Assembly (NCBI GenBank): GCA_964247055.1
Contig: OZ176053.1
Location: 6,634,001 to 6,698,000, forward strand
Direction of reading: 5' to 3'
DNA: 64,000 bases
From: Paragordius varius
Lineage: Eukaryota > Animalia > Nematomorpha
Shown one piece after another: positions 12,001 to 23,130 of the stretch. The position numbers and the translations under genes are program-made. Below the pieces are notes generated by a model. It had not been told where the DNA came from and ran no database searches. It saw only the letters and a list, made by a program, of their open reading frames with translations. Numbering within the stretch: position 1 is the first letter of the stretch; every line of letters starts with the position of its first letter.

Positions 12001-15000
12001 TTAGCACACCCTCGATTTTGAAGTATTTATTGTCCAATTTTTAAATTAAATATACATCTTTTTACAATAAATAGTTGGTAAAAATGATTTTACGCTCTCT
12101 TAGCGTTCAGTTACCTTTTCATTTGCAGGTGATTAGATCTTGGGGTAGCTTTGTATTTTAGTGCTTATACTTGTAAATAAACAACGGTTTTGTAAGGTGT
12201 TTTGGTAAAATTCAATTATCACACAATGTTTTACTGCATTAGATGAAAAAGCATGTATCTTTTACAGTTCTTTTCTAGAATCCTAAATCAAACAAACAGC
12301 TGATTTTAATTAATAAATATAAATTATGATGTAATATAATAAACTTTCTATTTATTATATTTTTTTAAACAAAATAAATATTTTTTGCCTTGTTGTATTA
12401 GCGATAAAAATCTAATAGTTGAATGGGGCAAAAAAATTTGAGATGAGGAATACAATACTTTTAATTTTTTTAATGTGCCTAAAAGGTTAAACTATATTTT
12501 TTTCTGATTTGGCCCAATATCTTAAATACTTTTCAATATATTGGAATTTAAAATCGTTCTGGGATACAAAACTACTCTCATATTGCGAAAAAAAAGTTCT
12601 TTATCGTACTAATCTATATTGAGCCTTTTTTAAAAAAACTTTTTTTATATAAAAGGCAAAATTCCAATCAAGTCATTATATTATTCAGCGTTTGTTTTGG
12701 TAAAGTGTCAAATTTATTTTACTGATTCTATATTACAAAATAACTATAACCATTTGTTTACAGTCAAAACAACTCGTCGAGTCAAAAATTTAGCCCAATT
12801 ATGGCAACTCCGAATCTATTAAGCTTTCCACCCGCCATGTTCCCACCACCTCCGATGCCCCCGTTTCCACCAATGCCACCTATGCTTTATCCACCACACC
12901 CGCCTTTTTTACCATCAAATAACAATTTTAGTTGTGGGACAAATCCTATGTCTCCCACGTATCCTAAGAACACGGCGATCAGCAATAAAATAGCTAGTGC
13001 CAATAATAATGATGGTTATATGCCAAATATGGCGAGAACAACCCGACAAGATTATGAAAATGGTGGTGTGACACATAACAGTTTCAAAGGACAAAATATG
13101 CAGAACCGTGGGACCCCGGCAAAAAAATTAACACGAACTAAATCTTTCTCATCTGCCAATACAGAAGTAATATTTCATCAAAAATAAATTTCTCGCTTAT
13201 TAATATTTGAATTCATAAAATTAGCGTTGTGAATTGGTTAGGCTCTAATAATTTTCACAGATTTTTTAGCACATGGAAAATAAATATCAACTTTAAAAAT
13301 GAGTCTTCTGAAGGGGTGTTAAAGCAGAAATTCTAATAAAAGATATATTCGGTTAAACTATGCATTTGTAATTTAAACATTTTAATGTTGCAAATGAAAC
13401 CGCTTCAGAGAACAACTTCTCCGGTTATAACACAGTTTAAGTAGAATAACAACTTACCTTTATTAGAACTATTATAGGACCTGCTCTAACCCTGATTTCA
13501 AACATAAGCATCTCTGATGGTAAATCTTGGCTACACTAAGATATCTTGGTATTTGTTGAAATTCAAACAATTTTTAGTAAACCTCATTTTTTTAACATGT
13601 AATTTTATCATTCAAATATATATTTATAAATAACGCTTTTGGCTTTATTATATTAGAATACCCGTAAAGATAATTTTGATAATAACAGCGGCAAATCCAA
13701 GTACTTTTTGCAAATAGGAGACACAACTCTAACTTTGCAAGGTAAACATGAGGAAATTGTTGAAGTAAAATTTTAAATTTTATTTATTAGCTGGCCCAAA
13801 ATGTCATCGAAAAGTATTTTGAAACAAAACTCACTAAGAATGTTGGGAAGGATACCTCCTCTGTATTTCTTAGTTGTGAACAGAGTGGTAAAAAGGTATA
13901 TTCTATCATTATAATAATTTAAAGATTTATTCAATAAAATAATATTTAATATATTTATTTAAGTGGACATTAGATTCAAATAATGAAAAGGTGATTTTGA
14001 GTCCAAAAAACCTAAAAACCCAGAAGTATGATGAATCAGAAATAAAACGCAATGCATTGAATGTAAGGACCATTCTTAACATTTTTTACACTTATCTTTC
14101 CTAAATTTATTTTCATGATTAATTTTTCGGATTATTTTCTTCAATAAAAATTCGTTTTTTCAAATTTGCAAGGTAATTATTGAGAGCTTTAAGCATCATA
14201 ACAGTTTTATTTTTTGAAGAACTAGAATAAAATATTCAATATTTAAGTAGCTGGGTACAAATATCAAGCAAATTTTTTCTCAAATTTTTCATTTCTAAAA
14301 CTTTAAATATATCCTTAAAAAAATATACTTGTCAATTGTAGTCAATAATCGAAACATTTTATAGGACATTTGAGTTCATAAGTTTGTAATCTAATTGAAT
14401 GATATATAATAAGTAGGACAAATAATAGCAAATTTGGGTGTAAGACAAGATTATGTTTATATTTAAACTTATTCAAAGTAGGCCCTTATCTTAAAACGCA
14501 AACGTTAAGGGACAAACATATTTTTATAAGGTAATTATTAATTTAGAGAACTCAATCATTTCATCATAGTATGGGTGCAAATAATAAAGATTCATATTAT
14601 TACAAGAAAGGGCCCAACAAATATCACGAAGCAGAATACTTACAGTTAACTATGGAAAATAGTTTGGAGGAAACGCACAAAGAACATAATGGACATATTT
14701 TGTCCCCAATGGAAAAATATCAGCAAGGATTCTCAAAGGGTATAATTAAATTAGAGTTTTTGAAAATAATTTTTGATATCGTTTCTATCGATTTGATCTT
14801 TATTTGGCAATATTAAAAACGATTTCTATTTATCTAACTTTCTCGTTTTCAATTATCTCAATTATCCGTATTTATTGGTGAAAAAATTTATTTGATGGTA
14901 AGGAAGCACTCAAAATTCAATAACAGACCAGTTTATGAATTCAAAACGTCAGTCGTTAGTGAATCCAAATGCGTAATTTTTGCGAAAAAAAATCATACCA

Positions 15001-17022
15001 CTTGCATTTCAAGAGTTTCCTTGAACACTTCAAGTTGATCCTTGGACATTTCAAGTTAATCACTTAACACTCAAGTTGGTCCTCTAACTTTTTGTTTTTA
15101 ACCATAAATTTGCATTTATTTGTTAACCTAATTTTCTTTATTTATTATACTCATTTAAATTAATATTTTTCATTTAAAAACCGATTTTTTGTTTCGAAGT
15201 AATTTTTTCCAATTCAACAATATTTTATAAATGTAACCGTAAAATTGTATTTACTAACCCAGAAAACTTACAATTTTATTTAGAACTTAATAAATATATA
15301 CGGTTTCTGAATAATTAAAACTTGATATTTGGTTAAAGGTAGAGATGGGTGTAAAATAATAAATATATGAATAATACACGGTTTGATTGACAAAAGTAAC
15401 AAAAAAATTAGAAAAGTTGAAAGACCAACTTAAGGTGTTCAAGGACATTTTTGAAGTGCAAATGGTATATATCTATGCGCATAAATGCAGTGGATTCATA
15501 AAAATCTTTTTGTATTAATATATTTTATTAGTTCAATCAAACATATTTGTGATACGCCTTTAGGGAATCTCATTTCACTCATTTAAAAATATTAATATCA
15601 AGAGGAAAACAAAGACTTGAAAAGTTGATAAATATTAGTTTACTTACTTGGGCAAAACACATTTATAAAAAGAGGCTTTTTCACATATATGATCACATTT
15701 ATATTGTTTATGTATCGTTATAAACAACCATATATATATGCGTGCATCACGGATATAATCTAGGAAACTATCCTATCGTTTCTTGTAAAAAATTTAAACT
15801 AAAAAATTATATATTGGTACTAGATCCGTATGTTAAACCAATACCCAAGGATGTTACTCGAATAGCATACACGAAAGATTTTATGATAAAATGTGCTTTC
15901 TCACCGTTTGCACGGGCATCACCTAAAAACTTACCACAACTTTTGAGGGAAGCCTCATTCATGATAAAACCCATACCACAAGTATTTGTTAAATGCAAAA
16001 TCTAAAATAGGAATATCAATTTTTTTGTTAAACTACTGGTTTGTTTAGTCAATTGTTAATAGAACATATAACTAATTTATCAATCTTTAAACAATTTAAA
16101 TTGATATATATTATTATTTGGAAATTTTAGAAAAGCCGTTTTAAGTTTTAAACTTAATGATATTAGAGAAAGTGTTTTTATTAAAATATTTTTCCCATTA
16201 ATCGTTATTACGTTTTTTTCTAACAATGGACATGTTAAAATTTCACAAATAAATAAATATATAGCTTGAACTTTCTCAAATTTACAAATGTATATAATAT
16301 ATTGTTGTTATGAGATGACACCATGAATAAATAAAACCCATTTGATTATATATTTTATATTAGGAGCCATCATTTTATCTTAAACCCCAATTAGACAAAT
16401 ATAATTCGGGAACTATTGCTAACAAATCCAAATTGTTACATGGAAAAAATGGACAATCAAGCATCCATGGCGTTTGTGCGGTTCCAGAACCTACACCTGG
16501 ACTTTTACTGAATGGCACAGTTTTTTCTGATTGGGTTAATAATCAAAATCGTCCAAATATCATTGTAACAGGTATTTTCTATCTATCATTTGCTGACATC
16601 TTTTAGGTTTGTTCAAAAAATATTTGATTGTGTGCATGTCAGTATATATGTTATCGAAAATTGCATCATCATCTTGACTTCAGTCTTTAGTGTTAGTGCT
16701 TTTATGAGTCCTTTTTACAATTTAATTCATTTCATTAACCTTTAATAAAAAAGGAACAAGAGACTACATCATATTTTTAAAAATTTTTTTTATAAATGTA
16801 CAAGGGCAACATGCGATACAAACTCCCAAATCTCCCCATCATCCGGTCATTTATCCTCCTCCTATTTTACCACCAACGACACCTAGTCCATCGTGTGTAA
16901 TGTTAAATGGCAATCAGGTTATAAATATACCACCGCCATTTCGTGCTATTCCAAACAGTGTTAATATTGATCATACCAATGGCAATAATATGAATCATGG
17001 CGGTAAAAGAACTTTAAAATAA
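6073..17022 (+). CDS. mxt: Mextli-like eIF4E-binding protein (MIF4G-like segment, KH domain, C-terminal 4E-binding region), about 1173 aa; exons 6073-6211, 6460-6720, 7535-7710, 7770-7862, 9031-9122, 9303-9400, 9487-9558, 9946-10003, 10653-10707, 10899-11730, 11869-12022, 12764-13166, 13657-13764, 13791-13895, 13964-14062, 14547-14739, 15824-15981, 16364-16571, 16805-17022
   Basis: Phase-consistent GT-AG chain, 3522 nt in total. YLDRAK...DLRLKLLEILELK resembles the Mextli MIF4G end. KH domain: GRVMGVKGKRIHQIEELSNTVVSFQK...EREVTLSGPSSDAIKLAKILIKETIKRNSSP. RIAYTKDFMIKCAFSPFARASPKNLPQLLREA resembles the Mextli 4E-binding region. Family call is from recalled similarity; the last exon boundary is less certain. 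Confidence 0.82.
6748..7243. mobile_element. Two abutting degenerate hAT-type MITEs in mxt intron 2 (6748-6947 and 6956-7243)
   Basis: cagtggttcccaacc...gggaatcactg, then caaaggtgggcaac...ggcctcgcgggccgca...gttgcatatctctg. The TIRs are imperfect and no clean 8-bp TSD is visible. Confidence 0.5.
8408..8868. repeat. 231-bp-period tandem duplication in mxt intron 4
   Basis: Copies at 8408-8637 and 8639-8868 differ at about 4 positions by eye; each begins aactctattatataacaaagtg. Confidence 0.92.
9585..9818. mobile_element. hAT-like MITE in mxt intron 7
   Basis: TIR cagggattgtaac / gttgtaatccctg; flanks atagtttg and aaattttg (6/8 match); GGTTC/GAACC subterminal repeats. Confidence 0.6.
13765..13790 (+). 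other. 26-nt spliceosomal intron in mxt
   Basis: gtaaaattttaaattttatttattag. Retention hits TAA; removal joins GKHEEIVE|LAQNVIEKYF. Confidence 0.8.
14961..15497. mobile_element. Foldback MITE (about 100-bp imperfect inverted arms) in mxt intron 16
   Basis: Left arm gaatcc...atacca.ttgca.ttcaa...tccttgaacac.t.aagttg is mirrored by the reverse complement at about 15400-15497. Confidence 0.65.
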
Positions 17023-17763
17023 ATTTATTTTTTACTTCACCATGGTTTATCATAAAAAAAATTAAAATTTGTATATATGCATGAATTTGAAGTGGCGAAA
17101 TATATATATATATATATATATTATACATGAATTTTTTTTATTTTTTATTAGCCATGTTAAGTTATATTTTTTATTAATTGTACACACATATATATTGGAA
17201 ATCAAAGATCTTCCATCATTATTAATAACCAGTATTATATTATTAATGAAAACACACATAATTTATTTTTATTGTTTGCATAACACTTTAAATGAAAAAT
17301 AAAACGGTGAAAAGTCAAATTTTTGTATGCAATTTTGCCAAGAAAGTTCTATTACCATCCTTATATCGCCTCTTGTATATAATTTCATTTTTGGAATTTA
17401 AACAAATTAAAAAACCAAAAAAATATTTTATTATTTTATTCTCATTATATATTATATAAAAGACAAAGGAAATTGGTTTTTTTACAATGTATTATAGTAT
17501 GTGACCTGATGCATTTATTCCATTTTATGTTACATTATATTCTATACAATATGTAATTATAAACACATTTTCTAAGTTTATAATAAATAATTATTTTGCA
17601 TGGTATATATTGTACATATTTAATTTAAAATTTATATATATATATATATATACCACAAAATAATTTTTTCTTTCTTTTTTTTTCATTACAAGAAAACAAT
17701 AAAAAAGGACAGAGATGAAAAAAATAAATTTCTTTTTAAACGGGGAAAAAATGTACACAACCT

Positions 17764-19997
17764 TTACAAATTATTATTGATTTTGAAGGGGCACCTAGAC
17801 ATAACAACGGTTTCTTTATCATTAAAAGCGTATTCAGCCTTGTTATGCATAAATAATTTGCCGTCTGCAAAATAAAAACTGTCGGATTTCGTTTCGTACG
17901 GGTGATTGATCATATCCTGCTCTATAAAAATAAAATAATAGTACCCATTTATTTTAAAAAATAAGAAATGTTTAGATAACTATATACATACCATTTATAA
18001 TTCAAATTCACCATTAAACAATTCAAATTTACCATCGAACAATTCAAATTCACCGTTGAACAATTCAAATTCACTATAAATAATATAATCTTATGGCATA
18101 GTTTATTATTTTTTCAGTATTATATTAATTTTAAAAGTAATTTCTTTTTTAAATATAAAAAAATATAGGTAATTTTTAATCTTAAAAAAACATAATTTAT
18201 TTTAAAAGGCATTTGAATTGGGTGAATTTGAACAGTAAATGATATATATATTAAATTTAATATTATTTATTCCAGTATCCTGGTTAATAAATAAATGTCC
18301 ATATATAGATAACATATATATAGGAAAGGTGAATATTTCTGTTTAATATTGATGACAGAAATCAAGTGTATAGTTTTTGTGGAGCAAATTTTAAATGAAG
18401 ACACTATAAAAAATTTTACATAAGAAATAAGTTAATACAAATTTTATTTTTGCTTATTTCACAATATACCAACTTAAATAAACTTATTATATAAATGCGC
18501 ACTGTAAATTCAATGAAATCGAGATTTGGGTTAGAAAGTATAAATTAAAATGTATTATCTATAATAAATATTATATCAAATATAAAATGGGTCTCTCGTA
18601 TAGAATTCGGCATTCAATATAATAGAAATCTAAGACATAACAATATGGTTTAAAATAAACGCTTAAATAACCTATTAGGTGATATAATTAATAACCTATG
18701 CAATTTATAGCCAGGACATTAAAAGATACTTAAAAATAAACATACAGAAATTTCATTTGATTAATACACGTAAATTTTCTTAAAGTAAATTCATTTTCAG
18801 CTTTAACAGAATATATAAAGGCTAAACTTAGCAATCTTCTAGTTTTAAAGATCTTTGCAAAACTAGTCAAATAGATTAAAAATACCCAGGGTATCTTATA
18901 AAATCTAGTTGCGGTTCTTTTAAATATTATTTTTAGCCCAAACTATAGCTATAATACCAAATAGGAGCAATGTTTACTCATTGCCTGTGTAAAGAGAAAA
19001 TTTGCGTTGCTTATGTCTTAAGCTACTGAGAAAGCGGTGAAATGGAATAGATAGGGTATAAAAAAAATTCAACTTTATTTGAATATTATAAAAAGGATAA
19101 AAGAAAGGGAGCAAAATAAAGAAATATCAAGCAAAATTGAAAATGTGCACTATCGTAAACCAAAATGAGCTTTATGGATAATTTTGTCGATTTTTCACGT
19201 TTATCTCTATTGTTTAAAAATTCCAATGATAGTGTGTAGCAGCTCATTATGAAAAATTTAAAAGTTGCAAAGATTAAACAAATAATTTAAACGTAAACGT
19301 TGCTAATTTAGAAAAGGTGTGCTTAGTTTTAACCTCTCGCTTTATTATAGGTTATAAAAAAATTTACTTTGCATATTGGAAAGATATGGCATTGCATAAA
19401 TGTGTTCACATGTATTGATAGAATTCGGTATACAGTAGCCAAAAGTGAGATCAAATGATTTCAGCAGTTTTCGTTGGAAGTAGTGACGTTCAATCATTCG
19501 AAAGTCATTGATATTTTGATTAACAACAAATTCAACGCTATAATAATGAGAGAGGGCTTTACAAAGCAATTATTTATAAAAATTAATGATAACGATGGTA
19601 CGAACATGGTTACAACACACAGCAGTCATATAATGTATTACGTAGTGCCAATAACATTTATATCAAGGAATTCGGGTTTAAATTTATATCGCACTGTCCT
19701 TGATTCTAAATATTAAAATATTAATACCAAACAAATTGTGCTGTGGATTTACTTCGCATATTATCTTGTTTTTATCCAAATCTCGGATTTGAAACTTCAA
19801 AAAATCAACACCAAAAACATTTGCTTCGGGTTGACATAGAAAATCTTAACAATAAATAATTATAAACCGACAGTTGGCTGTTTTAAAGTTAAAACATTAT
19901 CTATTGATATAAAAGGTTGTTGCAAAAGTTTTGTCTCCAAATCCAGAAAAGATTTTTTATTGCACTTTAATCCTGCTACAGATTGATTATTTAACAT
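17764..19997 (-). CDS. UNC119: UNC119 (GMP-PDE delta domain lipid-binding chaperone), 212 aa; exons 19997-19868, 19844-19728, 19705-19642, 19537-19368, 17921-17764
   Basis: Spliced product: MLNNQ...[15 protein letters not shown]|[24 protein letters not shown]...|[21 protein letters not shown]|[48 protein letters not shown]...|[33 protein letters not shown]...NL*. 639 nt, all GT-AG. Confidence 0.95.
17981..18250. repeat. Small MITE-like element with 21-bp tandem units and an inverted copy, in the last UNC119 intron
   Basis: aattcaaattcaccattaaac-type unit x3.6 at 17999-18074; inverted atttgaattgggtgaatttgaa at 18211-18232; TA-rich flanks. Confidence 0.6.
19706..19727 (-). other. 22-nt spliceosomal intron in UNC119
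   Basis: Minus strand gtattaatattttaatatttag. Retention reaches TAA; removal joins HNLF|ESRTVRYKF (phase 1). Confidence 0.88.
19845..19867 (-). other. 23-nt spliceosomal intron in UNC119
   Basis: Minus strand gtttataattatttattgttaag. Retention gives GGT TTA TAA; removal joins KQPTV|DFLC (phase 1). Confidence 0.88.
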
Positions 19998-20198
19998 ATT
20001 GATTTAACTCAAAATAATAAAAATATGTCTAAAAAAATTAAAGGAATCTTATATCGAAATTGTAACGAAAGGTTTTACTATAAAACAAGTTTGATAAGTA
20101 TGACAATAAAAAAATAATTCCGGCTCTCTAATTCAATTGATGCATAGAATTTTTTATAATCCCATCATAACCTTTTGGGGTAGTTTTATATCCTAGAG

Positions 20199-20344
20199 CA
20201 GGGCTTCTTGACCCCATTTATGATTGCGAGTTTATTAAAACCCCAACAAATATAAAAGAAAAATTGGGCATATTTTTGCATAGGATTTCCAAATTTTTCG
20301 CGGGCCGCACAAAAATTTTGGAGGACCGCGTTTGGCCACTGCTG
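20199..20344. mobile_element. Short Charlie/hAT-type MITE
   Basis: Right end gcgggccgca...gaggaccgcgtttggccactgctg; left end cagggcttcttgacc; flanks tcctagag and gactaaag (5/8 match). Confidence 0.5.
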
Positions 20345-20714
20345 GACTAAAGGATAAATATTATATAAATTAGGGTAAAATTTATTTTTAAGATCCAAAT
20401 GAAGTGTCAAATGACCTTTGAGATAAAAAATGGTATATTTTTATAAATTGTATTATTTCATCCGTAACTATAGATTTTATAAGTTAGCCGCAAATATTCG
20501 TGCGAACCATCAATAAAATATCTCCCAAAAAATAGACCTTTTAAATAGTAAGTTATTAATGATTGAGGAATAGATTGGAAAAATTGTCATTCAATAATTG
20601 TGTTTTTATAAAAAAAAATGATATCCTAATATTATGCTGATAATGGTTAAAAGTTATTTTTATATCCTGTTTTGATATTTATCATCCATATTGATACCGT
20701 TTCTATTAAGTAAG

Positions 20715-20826
20715 AAAACGTTTTTATTGATTGGGAAAATGTTTCGATTGACTGGAAAAACGTTTCGTTTGATTGGAAAAATGTTTCGATTGACTGGAAA
20801 AAAGTTTTTTTTGACTGGGAAACGGT
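20715..20826. repeat. 21-bp minisatellite (about 5 units)
   Basis: ttga(t/c)tgg(g/a)aaaa(t/c)gtttcg(a/t) units start at 20727, 20748, 20769, 20790, 20811. Confidence 0.9.
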
Positions 20827-21003
20827 ATATATAAATTTAGAAATCGCTGTGAAACATATAAAAATAAATTGAAATTCGCACACAATGTTATAGCATTGTT
20901 TTTATTATAGTTTCAAAAAAAGTGAGTTCTGACCGTCTTAATTCTCTCGAATATATCCAAGCAGTCGCGTGGTAAATATTAAATTAAAGTTTACGTTAAA
21001 AAA

Positions 21004-23130
21004 TTAATGAGATGGATATGCCTGTTTTTTATTGCATAACAAATCAAATCTTGGTGTTATGTTTGAAACTGCTGGACGTAAGTCCTCCTCAACATTTTTC
21101 TCGCTGAACGATATTGGAATTTAATGTGTGTTAAAGCTGAGAAAATAATTTAACATAAATATGCAGTGTTGAATGGCAGAAGTACATTTAACGCTATATC
21201 GGCGATTGTGGAAAATTCAGTTCTTGTTCCGATCCAGAATTCAGTCAAGGGCTTTTTTTTGGAATTGTAAGTTTTAAGTTTGAACACGAAAGCTCACTAA
21301 AATCCTCTTTGAGGTTTAAGTGGCAGACGATCATTCTCACTTAACACTTGGGTTCAACAGGCTTTATAGTCCTTGGACTCAAATTAGGGTAGTTGGATAC
21401 CCAGGCCTGTTTTAAATCAAATACTTTAAAAAGTATGGAAAACGAAATGGCAAAATTTTGCACTTATATAACATTAATAAACCGAAATTTATAAAAAAAT
21501 TGTATTCAAAAATACTTTATCTTACTTATTTTAAGCTAAAACAAAAGGTAAAAATTTCGTCAACGTGACATGTGTGAAATGGTAAAATTTAAAAATAATA
21601 CGAAATAAACCGCTTTTCTCTCTCTCTCTCTCTCTATCAATGTTAGATAGTTTAATAAAAAATAAGCTTTAATTTTACCCTTAACACTTGGATACAACAC
21701 ACTCATTTTAGTCCTTCGATCCTAATTGGGGTAGTTAGATACCCCAGGCCTGTTTAAAAATAAAATTCTTTAAAAAATATGGAAGGAATCGAAACCATGG
21801 CAAATTTTTTCACTTATCTAACATTAATAAACCAAAATATATAAAAAATTGTATTTAACACTTGAATACAACACACTCATTTTTGTCCTTCGATTCAAAT
21901 TGGGGTAGTTGGATACCCCAGGCCTGTTTAAAATCAAATAGTTTAAAAAGTATGGAAGCAATCGAAATATAACATTAGTAAACCGAAATATATAAAAAAT
22001 TATATTTAAAAATACTTGATATTATTTATTTTGAGCTAAAACTGAAAGGTAAAAATTTAGTCAACGTGACATGTGTCAAATTGTAAAATTAAAAAATTAT
22101 ACAAACTAAACCGCTTTTTCTATTTTTATCAATGTTAGATGTAATTTATATAAAAAATAAGCTTTAGTTTTACCATTAAAATTAAATGAAGACGATATTT
22201 TGCAAAATTTTTGTAAAATAAAAATGGCGTCGAAGTAGTTTGAGGTGGGACTTTTTTTTCAAAACAAAATTTTATCAAGATATTTTGGCATATTTATATA
22301 ATATTTATCAGTATAGAAGCATAAATTTAAATTGGGACCGTTTCCTTCAGTAGTTTTTTAAAAATTTTAATTTAAATTTAGTCTGGGGTATTTAGATACC
22401 CCAATTTGAATCAAAGTGTTAAAAGTACTTGATATTACTTATTTTAAGCTAAACCCAAAAGGTAAAAATTTCGTCAACGTGACATGTGTCAAATTGTAAA
22501 ATTGAAATCAAACTAAACCGCTTTTTCTATTTCTATCAATGTTAGATGTAATTTATAAAAAAAATAGCTTTAGTTTTACCCTTAAAATTAAATAAAGACG
22601 ATATGCGTCGAAGTAGTTTGAGATGGAGCTTTTTTTTCAAAACCAAATTTTATCAAGATGTTTTGGCATATTTATATAATATTTTAAATTGGGACCGTTT
22701 CTTCAGTAGTTTTTTAAAAATATTAATTTAAATTTAGTCTGGGGTATTTAGATACCCCAATTTGAATCGAAGTGTTAAAATTCAAAGAAGACACTATTTT
22801 GCAAAAATTTTGTAAAATAAAAATGGCGTCGAAGTAGTTTGACATGGAATTTTTTTTCAAAACAAAATTTTGTTAAGATATTTTGGCATATTTATATAAT
22901 TTTTATTAGGATAGAAGCATAAATTTGAATTGGGACCGTTTTCTGTAGAGTTTTCTATAAATATAAATTTAAATTTAGCCTGGGGTATCTATATACCCCA
23001 ATTTGAATCAAAGTTTTAAGCCAATCCAAAACGGCTTTTGAATCCAAACTATTTTTTGAAAATTAATATTTGATATAATATGTCCGAAACTGTATTTTTA
23101 GCGCTTTTAACAGATCTACAATATGCAATA
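21004..23130 (-). pseudogene. C-terminal fragment of a hAT (Buster/Charlie, ZBED5/SCAND3-like) transposase, interrupted at 21341-23019
   Basis: Minus strand KPLTEFWIGTRTEFSTIADIALNVLLPFNTAYLC*IIFSALTHIKFQYRS...NVEEDLRPAVSNITPRFDLLCNKKQAYPSH* (stop 21004-21006), with stops and frameshifts. The upstream part WIQKPF lies at about 23030-23046. Confidence 0.85.
21341..23019. mobile_element. TTAA-flanked piggyBac-like non-autonomous element with internally duplicated ends
   Basis: TTAA at 21341-44 and 23016-19. Left-type ends ttaacacttg at 21341, 21681, 21855; right-type ends ccccaatttgaatc(a/g)aagt.ttaa at 22422, 22778, 23019. Subterminal palindrome ggggta-N6-tacccc. Confidence 0.75.

Noticed and set aside
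13742-13790. Alternative 49-nt intron in mxt that would avoid the 26-nt intron
   Set aside because: Phase 1 joining gives AGPKCHRKVF then TGA, and removes GKHEEIVE, which fits the half-KH pattern.
17062-17302. Overlapping ORFs with IYIYIY runs (also 36523-36828)
   Set aside because: Produced by (TA)n microsatellites in AT-rich 3' regions.
20647-20883. Minus ORF with FFQSIET heptad repeats
   Set aside because: Translation of the 21-bp minisatellite; no other coding evidence.
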